Origin: a virus | Strand: one strand, 5' to 3' | Virus record (IMG/VR): IMGVR_UViG_3300044638_004427 | Span: 5,417 to 69,416 of that record | Length of the DNA stretch: 64,000 nt | Shown here: piece after piece, positions 17,207-26,692 of the stretch | Layout: every line of letters starts with the position of its first letter | How positions within the stretch are numbered: position 1 is the first letter of the stretch | Position numbers and translations under genes: made by a program | Notes under the pieces: generated by a model | Told to the model about the DNA's origin: nothing | The model's database searches: none | Seen by the model: only the letters and a program-made list of their open reading frames with translations

Positions 17207-19159
17207 ATGATGAGTCACTTTATTCGTTTCACCAAAGGTGTAGCTGATAAGGGTAAGCTTATTTTACCCACCGAAGTATTCGATCATATTGATGATGGTG
17301 ATAAAGATTACTATGCTTCTGCATATCTATACAACGAACAACAAGCCGAAGAGTTTAAGAAAACAGGAACAGTTCGTGGTATTAAAGATGTTGTAACAAA
17401 TCGTATTTGGTTTGATTTTGATACAAGTGAAGATCCATCATTTGCACAAATTGATGCTAAAGAAGCAATTAGACGTTTAGAAAAGTATGGCATCAATAAA
17501 AAGAATATTGAAATCTATTTCTCAGGTAACAAAGGATTTCACCTTGTTGTAACCCTCAATAGGTTTATTCAACCCGAACAAGTTTACAACATTTGTGTTA
17601 AAAAGTTTGGACAAGATTTAAAATCATTAGACTCTGCTGTATATGATCCCTCCCGTATCTTTCGTGTCCCTGGTACAAAGCATCAGAAAAGTGGTCTGTA
17701 TAAAATCCCTCTTACATACAACCAATTGTTTACACTAAATATCAATCAAATCAAAAACTTAGCTAGTTCATTGGATAACATCACTGAAGATTTTGAATGG
17801 GAAGTAGCTGCACCAAAAGAAGAATTATTTGTTATTGAAGATAAAAAACCAAATAAACGAGAAATCATCCCTGAACTTCTAGACTTCTCCAAAAAACCCA
17901 ATCAATGGAAAAACTGTAAGTGGGCTCTCTTACAAGGTAACTTCAAAGAAGGTGAGCGTCATAACGCCTTGATGGTTATTGCTGCAACTTGTCGTGGGTT
18001 AGGATACGACAAGGATACAACCTATTACATGTGTAAGTCTGCCATGAAAAAACAGGCAATGCTTACAGGACAAGAAGAGTTCAACAAAGAAGAACTATAT
18101 ACAAATATCATTGAACAATCTGTGTTTACTGATAATTGGGAAGGTGGACAATATAGTTGTCAAAAACCCGGCTGGCTACAAACATATTGTTCATCTCTAG
18201 AAGAACATAAATGTAAAACTGAAACAGAAGAACCACCAGTAATTCAAGTTACTGATATGGGTTCCTTGTTCTCTTCATATGCCCAAAACTTTGAACAGAA
18301 TATTATTAAAACCGGAATCCCTAAGTTAGACGATAGGGCAATGATTTGTGCTTCAACATTAAATGGATTGCTTGGACAGCCCGGTGCAGGTAAAACATCT
18401 ATGTCCTTGCAGTATCTTCTTAATACGTCCAAGAATGACATTCATTCAACGTTCTTTAGCTTGGACATGGGTATGCCTATTGTGTATGCTAAAATGGTCC
18501 AGAAGCTAACCGGATACGATTTTAAAGAAGTATTACGTATCTTTAAAGAAGATCCCAAGCTTTCTTTAAAACTGAGTGAACAGCTTAAAGAAGATTATAA
18601 AAACGTTGGGTTTAATTTTAAATCAGGGTTAACTGTACCCGATCTAAAACGCACAATCGTTGAACAACAAGAAGAGAAGGGTGAGAAGGTCAAGCTGGTC
18701 GTTATTGATTATCTTGAATGTCTTGCTGGACCGTATTCAGACCAAACAGCTAACACTGGATTCATTGCTAACCAACTGAAAGATCTAGCAAATGAATTGT
18801 CTGTTGCTGTTCTACTATTACTTCAAACTCAAAAACACTCAACCCCAGATGTTTCAGATCCACTACTTTCGTTAAAAGGTGTGAAGGGTTCAAGTCTTAT
18901 TGAACAAAGTTGTAGCTCCATTCTGACTCTCTGGAGAGAGGGCTATAATCCAAAGACCGTTGCTGATGATAAATATATTTCATTTGCAATTGTTAAAAAC
19001 CGATTCGGTTCTCTTTGGTCAGGAGACTTTAGCTGGCATGGGGTTACTGGAGATATCCGCGAGTTAACTGAAGAGGAAGAGGAAAACCTTGGTGAATTCC
19101 GTGCTAGAAAAGCACAAGCAAAACTAGAAGCAGCTCAACAACAAACTGGGTGGGAATAA
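17207..19159 (+). CDS. Primase-helicase fusion (AEP-type primase plus DnaB/RecA-fold helicase)
   Basis: FDFD, FSGNKGFH, D..VYD.SRIFRVP and GERHN motifs; Walker A GQPGAGKT, VVIDYL, KNRFG. Confidence 0.88.
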   Translation: MMSHFIRFTKGVADKGKLILPTEVFDHIDDGDKDYYASAYLYNEQQAEEFKKTGTVRGIKDVVTNRIWFDFDTSEDPSFAQIDAKEAIRRLEKYGINKKNIEIYFSGNKGFHLVVTLNRFIQPEQVYNICVKKFGQDLKSLDSAVYDPSRIFRVPGTKHQKSGLYKIPLTYNQLFTLNINQIKNLASSLDNITEDFEWEVAAPKEELFVIEDKKPNKREIIPELLDFSKKPNQWKNCKWALLQGNFKEGERHNALMVIAATCRGLGYDKDTTYYMCKSAMKKQAMLTGQEEFNKEELYTNIIEQSVFTDNWEGGQYSCQKPGWLQTYCSSLEEHKCKTETEEPPVIQVTDMGSLFSSYAQNFEQNIIKTGIPKLDDRAMICASTLNGLLGQPGAGKTSMSLQYLLNTSKNDIHSTFFSLDMGMPIVYAKMVQKLTGYDFKEVLRIFKEDPKLSLKLSEQLKEDYKNVGFNFKSGLTVPDLKRTIVEQQEEKGEKVKLVVIDYLECLAGPYSDQTANTGFIANQLKDLANELSVAVLLLLQTQKHSTPDVSDPLLSLKGVKGSSLIEQSCSSILTLWREGYNPKTVADDKYISFAIVKNRFGSLWSGDFSWHGVTGDIRELTEEEEENLGEFRARKAQAKLEAAQQQTGWE

Positions 19160-19160
19160 T

Positions 19161-19496
19161 ATGCCTTCAAAGAAAAAACAATTAGATAGTGAACCTATTG
19201 ATACATTTGTGTTAGCTTTTATGGGTGAGCTTGTGAATGTTGTTACTGATATTATGATTGTGGATTATGCTCAGAATGAAGATAATACATTAGAACAAAA
19301 CGCACCAATGGTAGCTAGGGGGTATCTCCTAGATTGTGATCATAATTATCTATACCTAGGTGAAAATCCTTTAGAGGTTTCTCAAGCTATTGCTAAGAAT
19401 AGAATTACAATGGTTCAAATAGATAGGAAGAAATCTAAATACGAAGAACTTCTAGATGAAATGGGTGATCCTAACAAAAGGGAAGACATTAATTAA
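19161..19496 (+). CDS. Hypothetical protein
   Basis: Operon ORF. Confidence 0.6.
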   Translation: MPSKKKQLDSEPIDTFVLAFMGELVNVVTDIMIVDYAQNEDNTLEQNAPMVARGYLLDCDHNYLYLGENPLEVSQAIAKNRITMVQIDRKKSKYEELLDEMGDPNKREDIN

Positions 19497-19765
19497 TGTA
19501 TGTGGAACAGTTGTCACAAACACTAATACAAGAATTTAATCCCAAATTTTTAGGTTTTGATTTCTTTGATGATAACATGAACATTGTTATTTCATCTGAT
19601 TGTTTTATAAATCAATCAATGCAGGATAGAGTAAAATCTGTATATAATTGTATTCAAGAAAAATCACCAAATGTTCTTGAATATCACCGTATATTTGTAC
19701 ATACTTTTACTCAGGCAGAGCTTACTGACGTTCTAGAATACAACAAAGAAGGTACAAATGTCTGA
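19496..19765 (+). CDS. BolA-like protein
   Basis: IVISSDCFINQSMQDRVKSVY...HTFTQAE parallels BolA IVS..F.G.S...R...VY...T.TP.E. Confidence 0.55.
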   Translation: MYVEQLSQTLIQEFNPKFLGFDFFDDNMNIVISSDCFINQSMQDRVKSVYNCIQEKSPNVLEYHRIFVHTFTQAELTDVLEYNKEGTNV

Positions 19766-19958
19766 AGGAACAGTTGTGGTTATCGTTGGTAAAAGAGATC
19801 AACGTGTTCGAAATCATGAAGAAAAGGAGTTGCACGGTACAGTAGTAAAGATTGAGCACGGTAAGGTATGGGTGATGCTTCCAGATGGTGATCTTTGGGT
19901 GGGGGAAGATTATCAAGTATATCCAAAACAAGAGGAAGAAGAATGCACGACAAACTGA
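19758..19958 (+). CDS. Small SH3/KOW-like protein
   Basis: G.VVVI....G.VV.I..G.VWV.L.DG beta-strand pattern. Confidence 0.45.
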   Translation: MSEGTVVVIVGKRDQRVRNHEEKELHGTVVKIEHGKVWVMLPDGDLWVGEDYQVYPKQEEEECTTN

Positions 19959-22084
19959 TCTATGGTAAGGATGAGACACAACGCATAGTTTCAATCGAAC
20001 CAATGGTAAGTGCCGCTGCCCTGGAGGTTTTCACAGAAGATGAAAGTAATAATGTCAATTCTCACATTGTTAGTAATCGGTATTGGATTCTTTCGAATCA
20101 AAACGTTGATGGATCATTTACAAGATTAAATGGCAATCTCCACTACAAATACGGTAAACAGTTTACTACCCGTAGTGAATTCATTTCATTTAAAAAACAA
20201 CACCAACGTAGTGATTTGTATTCTATCTATGACCCTAAAGAATCAGCTATGGTTAAAGATGGGATTACATATTTCAAAGGAATGAAACCACAGGATGTTT
20301 CCATTCTATCTTTTGACATTGAAACAACAACGCTCGACCCCACCGCACCGGGAGCTTCTGTCCTTCTTATCTCCAATACATTACGCAAGGGTAATAAAGT
20401 AGAAAGAAGATTATTCGCATACACAGATCATGACAGTGATGTTGATATGGTTAATGCATGGTGTGATTGGGTAAAGGAACAAAACCCATCCATCATATGT
20501 GGGCATAACATCTATTCATTCGATTTAAAATATCTGTACGAATACATGGATAAGATGGGTCATGATCTTAGGTTAGGTAGGAACGACACCAATATTCGAT
20601 TTGAGGAATACGAATCTAAATTCCGTGTGGATGGTACTCGTGATTTACATTACAATAAGGTACGTTGTTATGGTAGAGAACTCATTGATACAATGTTCCT
20701 TGCCTATAAATACGATATCGGGCGCAAGTACGAAAGCTATGGGCTAAAAAAGATTATCGCTCAAGAAGGGTTAGAAGCAAAAGATCGTATCTTTTATGAT
20801 GCTTCACAGATTCGCTTTAAATATAAAGATCCTGAAGAATGGGAACTAATCAAACAATACTGTTTGCATGATGCCGACGACGCATTGAAACTGTTTGATT
20901 TAATGTCACCACCGTTCTTTTACATGACCCAATCAGTCCCTAAAAGCTTTCAGTCAATGATTGAATCCGCTTCTGGGAGCCAGATCAACTCAGTCATGAC
21001 ACGGAGCTATCTACAAGAAAAACACAGCATTCCTAAAGCATCAATGACGGCTGAGTACGAGGGAGCTATCAGCTTCGGCAATCCTGGTGTCTATCGGAAC
21101 GTATTTAAGGTTGACGTAGCATCTCTGTATCCATCAATCATGATTGAATACAAAGTACATTCTCCTGAAAAAGATCCTAATAAGAACTTCTTAAACTTGG
21201 TACAGACGTTTACCGAGCGACGACTTTATCATAAAAGTTTGGCTAAGACTGATAAGTATCATGATGACATGCAAGCTGCATTCAAAATTTTTATTAACAG
21301 TTGTTATGGTTTTTTAGGAAGCACGGGCCTAAACTTTAATATGCCACAAGGTGCAGCCTTTATTACAAAAACAGGTAGAGACATTCTATCAAAAGCAATT
21401 GAATGGGCTGAAGGAAAAAAATTTAAAATTGTAAACGCTGACACAGATTCAATATCTTTTACAAAAGAACATGGAGATGATTTCTCAAATGATGACTGTA
21501 ATAATCTTTTAAAAGATTTAAATTCGTTATATCCTTCAACAATTAGATTTGAAAATGATGGTTTGTATAAATGTGTAATTGTATTTAAAGCAAAAAATTA
21601 TGTATTATATGATGGTAAAAAAATTAAAACAAAAGGATCAGCAATTAAAGCAACAACTAAAGAACCTGCTCTCAGAGAATTTATCAATACTATTATTAAT
21701 AGCATTATTGATGGTAGAAATGATTACGATAATATTTATAAAGCATATGTAAAAGAAGCATTAAATGTTAAAGATATTAAAAGATGGGTTAGTAGAAAAA
21801 CAATTTCAGATAAGGTTTTAAACCCACAAAGAACAAATGAGCAGAAGATATTCGACATTATACAAAACACAAATATATCAGAAGGTGATAGGATATACTG
21901 CTTTTTTAAATCGGATGGAAGTCTAGGGTTGGCGGAAGAATTTTCTGGAGATTATGATAAGGATAAGATGCTTGAAAAACTTTATAAGACATCTGAAATA
22001 TTTGACACAGTAATTCCAGAAGGAACTTTTATAAACTACAAATTGAAAAAAAATAAAAAAGCATTAGAGGAAATAGTATTATGA
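19943..22084 (+). CDS. Family B DNA polymerase with 3'-5' exonuclease
   Basis: FDIET, GHNIYSFD, YCLHD exonuclease motifs; DVASLYPS, KIFINSCYG, NADTDS polymerase motifs. Confidence 0.93.
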   Translation: MHDKLIYGKDETQRIVSIEPMVSAAALEVFTEDESNNVNSHIVSNRYWILSNQNVDGSFTRLNGNLHYKYGKQFTTRSEFISFKKQHQRSDLYSIYDPKESAMVKDGITYFKGMKPQDVSILSFDIETTTLDPTAPGASVLLISNTLRKGNKVERRLFAYTDHDSDVDMVNAWCDWVKEQNPSIICGHNIYSFDLKYLYEYMDKMGHDLRLGRNDTNIRFEEYESKFRVDGTRDLHYNKVRCYGRELIDTMFLAYKYDIGRKYESYGLKKIIAQEGLEAKDRIFYDASQIRFKYKDPEEWELIKQYCLHDADDALKLFDLMSPPFFYMTQSVPKSFQSMIESASGSQINSVMTRSYLQEKHSIPKASMTAEYEGAISFGNPGVYRNVFKVDVASLYPSIMIEYKVHSPEKDPNKNFLNLVQTFTERRLYHKSLAKTDKYHDDMQAAFKIFINSCYGFLGSTGLNFNMPQGAAFITKTGRDILSKAIEWAEGKKFKIVNADTDSISFTKEHGDDFSNDDCNNLLKDLNSLYPSTIRFENDGLYKCVIVFKAKNYVLYDGKKIKTKGSAIKATTKEPALREFINTIINSIIDGRNDYDNIYKAYVKEALNVKDIKRWVSRKTISDKVLNPQRTNEQKIFDIIQNTNISEGDRIYCFFKSDGSLGLAEEFSGDYDKDKMLEKLYKTSEIFDTVIPEGTFINYKLKKNKKALEEIVL

Positions 22085-22237
22085 ATCCTTATGTTATTGG
22101 TATTCTAATTGTTGCATTAGTTTTATTAGTTTGGGCAATTGCTGCAGAAAGATATTATAAGATGGGATATCAACACGCAATAGACGATGTAAAATTACTC
22201 GGTGATTTTATTAAAAAGAAAATAAAAGATAACTCAG

Positions 22238-22594
22238 ATGAAAATTAAATTTTTTCAAATAGCAAAAGCAGCATCAAAGCATTCAGATCATCCTGTTCAT
22301 CAATTGGGTGCTGTTATCGTAAAAGGTAATAAAATAATTTCAGTTGGATTTAATAAAAATAAAACTCATACAAAGTCTAACCATGCTTGGAAAAGATTAC
22401 ATGCTGAATTGTGTGCAATCATTAAAGCAAAACAAGACTTGACAGGATCAAGTATTTACGTTTATCGTGAAACTAAGAATGGTAATCTTGGGTTGTCTAG
22501 ACCTTGCCCAAGTTGTATGGAAGCCATTCAAGAAGCTGGGATAAATAAAATTTACTACACAATAGAAACCGGGTACTCTGAGGAAACAATATGA
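22238..22594 (+). CDS. Zinc-dependent cytidine/dCMP deaminase-fold protein
   Basis: GAVIV, HAE and PCPSC motifs. Confidence 0.85.
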   Translation: MKIKFFQIAKAASKHSDHPVHQLGAVIVKGNKIISVGFNKNKTHTKSNHAWKRLHAELCAIIKAKQDLTGSSIYVYRETKNGNLGLSRPCPSCMEAIQEAGINKIYYTIETGYSEETI

Positions 22595-23619
22595 TTGAAG
22601 CTCTTTCTTTTGACGACGTTCTTATTATCCCCGAATACTCAACTATCAAATCAAGGAAAGATGTTAGCACTGTAACTAAAATGAATGGAATCACTCTTGA
22701 AGTTCCAATCATCTCATCCAACATGGACACTATTACTGAATCTGAAATGGCTAAAACCATGCACATGCTTGGGGCAGGAGCTTGTCTTCATAGATTTAAC
22801 ACAGTAAATGAAAACAAACAGATGTACAAAGCATCTCCAAAGCAAACAATGGTTTCTATCGGAGTGGGTGCTGCTGAATTTGATAGAGCACTAGCTTTGT
22901 TTGAAAGCGGCGCAGAGACATTTGTTATTGACGTAGCACATGGTGCAGCACAGCATGTTGTAGAGCAATACGATAATCTACGTGCTATTGTAAAAGAAAA
23001 TGCAAATATCATTGTTGGTAACTTTGCTACTGGGATTAGTATTAGAGATTTTAAACATCAATTAAAATCCAGGGTCATGCCTGATGCATATAAAATTGGA
23101 ATCGGTGGTGGTAGTCTTTGTACTACTCGTGTTGTTACAGGCTGCGGCTTACCTACTTTCCAATCAATTCTAGATTGTAGGGGTTATGCAGATAATCTAA
23201 TCGCTGATGGTGGTATTCGTAACAGTGGTGATATAGTTAAAGCACTAGCTGCTGGAGCTAAAGCTGTTATGGTTGGGGGTCTTCTTTCAGGAACAGAAGA
23301 AACCCCTGGAGATGATGTTATAATTGGAAAGGGGTCACCATTAGAAACCAGATATAAAAGATACCGTGGCTCGGCATCTCTTGAATCTTATGAGATTCAG
23401 AATAAGGTTGCTGACCATAGAGCGGCAGAGGGAGAAGCAACCCTTGTTGAATGTAAAGGACCAGTCAGACATGTTATTCTTAACCTAGTTGGCGGCATTC
23501 GTTCTGGCATGAGTTATGTTGGTGCTTCAAACTTGACTGAACTAAGAGAATCTGCTAAGTTTGTAAGAGTAACAGATTCGGGTAAGAGAGAATCAAGAGC
23601 ACATGCCAAGGAGGTTTAA
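22591..23619 (+). CDS. IMP dehydrogenase / GMP reductase family protein without CBS domains
   Basis: [34 protein letters not shown] and YRGSAS motifs. Confidence 0.88.
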   Translation: MIEALSFDDVLIIPEYSTIKSRKDVSTVTKMNGITLEVPIISSNMDTITESEMAKTMHMLGAGACLHRFNTVNENKQMYKASPKQTMVSIGVGAAEFDRALALFESGAETFVIDVAHGAAQHVVEQYDNLRAIVKENANIIVGNFATGISIRDFKHQLKSRVMPDAYKIGIGGGSLCTTRVVTGCGLPTFQSILDCRGYADNLIADGGIRNSGDIVKALAAGAKAVMVGGLLSGTEETPGDDVIIGKGSPLETRYKRYRGSASLESYEIQNKVADHRAAEGEATLVECKGPVRHVILNLVGGIRSGMSYVGASNLTELRESAKFVRVTDSGKRESRAHAKEV

Positions 23620-24593
23620 TGTCACACTTCATCGTTAAAAACAAAACCAAACTCCTAGACATGAATCTAGGAGACAGGGTTCCTGAGTCTGATTTTAGCA
23701 TCATGACTCCCGAAGGAATCTTTGTTCAGCTTGAGCACATTGACGATGAAGAAGATATTACACCTTATGAAGTGACTCCTGGTATTTGGGTTATCCAAAA
23801 AGTAGGTAATCAATTAAAGTTAATTAAGACTGAGTTTGTGAAGGACGAGATCTTATCATCGTTCGTACACACACAGTCTATTACAGACAAGATTGATTGC
23901 TTCTTTAAAAAACTTGATGTATATAAGAAGTATGGAATCGAAGTACCTAAAAGGGGGATTCTTCTTTATGGCCCACCGGGATCAGGCAAGACTACTATCA
24001 TCAATAAGATAGCAGAACGTTATGGCGCAGATTTAAAAACAGCAGTAATCACCTGGCCTACAGATAAGTATGAAGCATATCAAGTAAAAGATTTTATTAA
24101 AAGCTTTTCATACAGCGGAGTTGATAAAATCATTCTTGTTGTAGAAGACATTGGTGGAGTTGAGATTGACCAAACCAGAATGAAGAGTGATTCATCTCTC
24201 CTGAGTTTGCTAGACAATCAAGAAAAAACATTTAAGATTCCTGTACTCATCCTCGCTACTACAAACTTCCCAGAAGTCTTTCTTGGTAATCTTACAAATC
24301 GACCACAACGGTTTGATGATAAGATTGAAGTTGGTTTACCTCCAGCAGAGTCTCGTGTTGAGTTACTTAAGTTCTTATCCAAAGGAGAGAATGTTACCGA
24401 GAAAGAATGTGAGTTTGTGAAGAGTAAAGCATGTGCTGAATTTTCTCCTGCACACATTAAAGAATGCATCATTCGTGCTGCTATCTATGACAAACAACTT
24501 ATTGATACAATGAAAGAAGTAGCAGACGAAATCGTAACATATAAAAAAGCATTCTCTAAACAGAAGTCTATGGGTATGGGATCTTATGATTGA
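23619..24593 (+). CDS. AAA+ ATPase (second copy)
   Basis: PKRGILLYGPPGSGKT, VVEDI, ATTN and NRPQRFD motifs. Confidence 0.88.
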   Translation: MSHFIVKNKTKLLDMNLGDRVPESDFSIMTPEGIFVQLEHIDDEEDITPYEVTPGIWVIQKVGNQLKLIKTEFVKDEILSSFVHTQSITDKIDCFFKKLDVYKKYGIEVPKRGILLYGPPGSGKTTIINKIAERYGADLKTAVITWPTDKYEAYQVKDFIKSFSYSGVDKIILVVEDIGGVEIDQTRMKSDSSLLSLLDNQEKTFKIPVLILATTNFPEVFLGNLTNRPQRFDDKIEVGLPPAESRVELLKFLSKGENVTEKECEFVKSKACAEFSPAHIKECIIRAAIYDKQLIDTMKEVADEIVTYKKAFSKQKSMGMGSYD

Positions 24594-24822
24594 TAATAAA
24601 GTTTTATATAATTTATATTTAAATAATCAAACAACTGAGGGTTTTTTATTAAATAAATATTCATTCCATATTTCAACATGTGATCAATATTTTAATAAAA
24701 AAGAATCTTATATTGTATCTGAATCAACAATATCAAAAGAAAAAGAAATAGATGATAGTATTGAGCATCTCATAGGTAGATCACGCACTACATTCGGATC
24801 AAAAAATTTAATTCCAGAATAG
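24586..24822 (+). CDS. Hypothetical protein
   Basis: Overlapping operon ORF. Confidence 0.45.
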   Translation: MIDNKVLYNLYLNNQTTEGFLLNKYSFHISTCDQYFNKKESYIVSESTISKEKEIDDSIEHLIGRSRTTFGSKNLIPE

Positions 24823-24838
24823 TTTTATTTAAAAAAAT

Positions 24839-25135
24839 ATGGATAATCTGATTAATTTAGGTAACTTTAAAAAAAATAAAGAAAAGGAAAAAATTCTAGA
24901 GAAATCAGAAAAAGCTGTAGATGAAATGAAATTAATTCTACAGATATTAGATTTAACTATAACTGGTCTTAGTCATTTTACAAAATATGTAGTTGTAACG
25001 GAATGTATCTCTGTGTTAGAAAGTAATAAGATTCTTCTTCAGATACATCTTAAAAAATATAATAAAGCAATGGATAAAATAAAAGAAGATATTAAAAATG
25101 GCAAACTGGAAGAAACTGGTAAAGAGAATACCTAA
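24839..25135 (+). CDS. Hypothetical protein
   Basis: Operon ORF. Confidence 0.55.
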   Translation: MDNLINLGNFKKNKEKEKILEKSEKAVDEMKLILQILDLTITGLSHFTKYVVVTECISVLESNKILLQIHLKKYNKAMDKIKEDIKNGKLEETGKENT

Positions 25136-25409
25136 TAAAGTTCAACTCTCTAGAAAAGGAGAGTATGAAATTGTATGGGTAGAATCATTTAAAGAAGATG
25201 ATGTTGTCGGTGAAACAAGATTTGACCGAAAACAAATTGCTATTAAAGACAAGATGTCTGCAAAAAATACAGTCATCACTTATTTACATGAAGTAACTCA
25301 TGGTTTATCAGCAGAACACGATGTACAATTAACAGAAAATCAAGTACTAGCAATAGAAAAGGGCTTGTACTATCTTTTAAAAGATGGTAATATTTTTAAA
25401 AAGGATTGA
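25098..25409 (+). CDS. Small HExxH metallopeptidase-like phage protein
   Basis: GET....QI.I...TYLHEVTHG...E.QV pattern. Confidence 0.65.
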   Translation: MANWKKLVKRIPNKVQLSRKGEYEIVWVESFKEDDVVGETRFDRKQIAIKDKMSAKNTVITYLHEVTHGLSAEHDVQLTENQVLAIEKGLYYLLKDGNIFKKD

Positions 25410-26071
25410 CAATGAAGAAAATTTTAATTTTAGGCGACTCACACTTACCATATACAGACTTTGATGTAATTGAACAAGCACACGACTTTGCTAAAAAATT
25501 TAAACCAGATCTAGTTATTTCAACTGGAGACATGACTGACCAAAAGTATTGGAGCAGGTTTCCTAAATCACCAGAAGATGACGGTGGATTACTGGAATGG
25601 GAAAAGGTGTTGGAAGGAGCAAAGGAATTTGCTAAGATGTTTCCCAAGATGATTATCCTTAACTCAAATCATGATCGTCGTTATGCAAAGAAAGCAGCTG
25701 AGAGTGGCATCCCTAAAATTATGATTAGGACACTTTCAGAACTCATTCCCAATAAAGGCTGGCAATGGCATCTTGGACCTAATCCTTACATCGTTGATAA
25801 TATCGCCTTTATGCACGGGGATGAACTTCAGGGCGGAGTAAAAGCCAAAGCAAACGTACTAGGGATGAATGTTGTACAGGGACATTCCCACAAGGCAGAA
25901 TTACACTACGTCAATACATTCAACAAAAGCGTATTCGCAATGGACGTAGGTTGTACAGTAGACCCTAAAAGCGCAGCGTTTGATTATGCAGCTAGTTCAT
26001 TAACAAAAGTTTGGGTAGGGTTTGGATTTATTGAAAATGGTATTCCTCATCTAGTACCGAAGAAAAAGTAA
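25406..26071 (+). CDS. Calcineurin-like metallophosphoesterase
   Basis: GDSH, GDMTD, SNHD, MHGD and GHSH motifs. Confidence 0.88.
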   Translation: MTMKKILILGDSHLPYTDFDVIEQAHDFAKKFKPDLVISTGDMTDQKYWSRFPKSPEDDGGLLEWEKVLEGAKEFAKMFPKMIILNSNHDRRYAKKAAESGIPKIMIRTLSELIPNKGWQWHLGPNPYIVDNIAFMHGDELQGGVKAKANVLGMNVVQGHSHKAELHYVNTFNKSVFAMDVGCTVDPKSAAFDYAASSLTKVWVGFGFIENGIPHLVPKKK

Positions 26072-26072
26072 T

Positions 26073-26285
26073 ATGAAAACTAAATATTTATTAATGATCT
26101 TTGATGAAGATAACACTCTACTAGGATACACCAGTTATTTGTTTAACACACAAAAACAAGCAAAAAAATATGTAAAATTATTAGATTCTACCGGTAGAAA
26201 AAATGTTTTAGCGCCATTGAGAGTATTAGACACAAAAGAAATTAATAATGAAATAAAAAAATTTTCACAACTTGTTGGGCAGTAG
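26073..26285 (+). CDS. Hypothetical protein
   Basis: Operon ORF; its stop codon lies inside the 5' tRNA fragment. Confidence 0.55.
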   Translation: MKTKYLLMIFDEDNTLLGYTSYLFNTQKQAKKYVKLLDSTGRKNVLAPLRVLDTKEINNEIKKFSQLVGQ

Positions 26286-26673
26286 CTCAGTTGGTATAAA
26301 TAATATGTTTTGTAAAAAACATGGAGAAATCAAATCAATAAAAGTAAAAGATAGAAAACAGAGATGCTCTAAATGCGCAATAGATGCCGTTTCTAAAAGA
26401 AGACAAAAAATAAAATTGTTGGCAGTAGAATATAAGGGTGGAAAATGTGAAAAATGTTTCTATAAAAAAAGCATAGCAGCATTACAATTCCATCACTTAG
26501 ACCCAGCTAAAAAAGATTTTGGCATCTCCCAAAAAGGAGCAACAAGAAGTTGGGAAAAAGTAAAACTAGAATTAGATAAATGTATCTTAGTATGTGCAAA
26601 TTGTCATGCTGAAATACATGAAGAACTAAAATTAACCGAGTGGTCGTAGGTTCGAACCCTACCTGCCCAGCCA
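26276..26673 (+). pseudogene. Interrupted tRNA (Asn-like): 5' piece 26276-26296, 3' piece 26632-26673, HNH ORF between
   Basis: TGGGCAG-TA-GCTC-AGTTGGTA ... TTAA-CCGAG-TGGTC-GTAGG-TTCGAAC-CCTAC-CTGCCCA-G-CCA; perfect 7-bp acceptor stem and 5-bp T stem. Confidence 0.85.
26305..26649 (+). CDS. HNH endonuclease inside the tRNA shell
   Basis: GGKCEKC...ALQFHH.DP..K...KCILVCANCHAEIH; stop codon TAG falls in the T stem. Confidence 0.88.
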   Translation: MFCKKHGEIKSIKVKDRKQRCSKCAIDAVSKRRQKIKLLAVEYKGGKCEKCFYKKSIAALQFHHLDPAKKDFGISQKGATRSWEKVKLELDKCILVCANCHAEIHEELKLTEWS

Positions 26674-26692
26674 TTAACCAAAGGAGAATAAA

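Noticed and set aside
8893-22084. Inteins or introns in NrdJ, primase-helicase or DNA polymerase
   Set aside because: The ORFs are continuous, of normal or small size, with no intein terminal motifs noticed.
26272-26304. TTG start for the HNH gene given in the ORF track
   Set aside because: It overlaps the upstream gene and the tRNA 5' piece; the ATG at 26305 is more plausible.
26416-26428. TTGTTGGCAGTAG resembling the tRNA 5' flank as a target-site duplication
   Set aside because: It is internal to the HNH coding sequence, imperfect and not at an insertion boundary; probably chance.
26297-26631. Insert as a group I or bulge-helix-bulge tRNA intron
   Set aside because: No P3/P7 core is visible, the insert is almost entirely ORF, and precise excision would still leave about 13 tRNA nucleotides missing.
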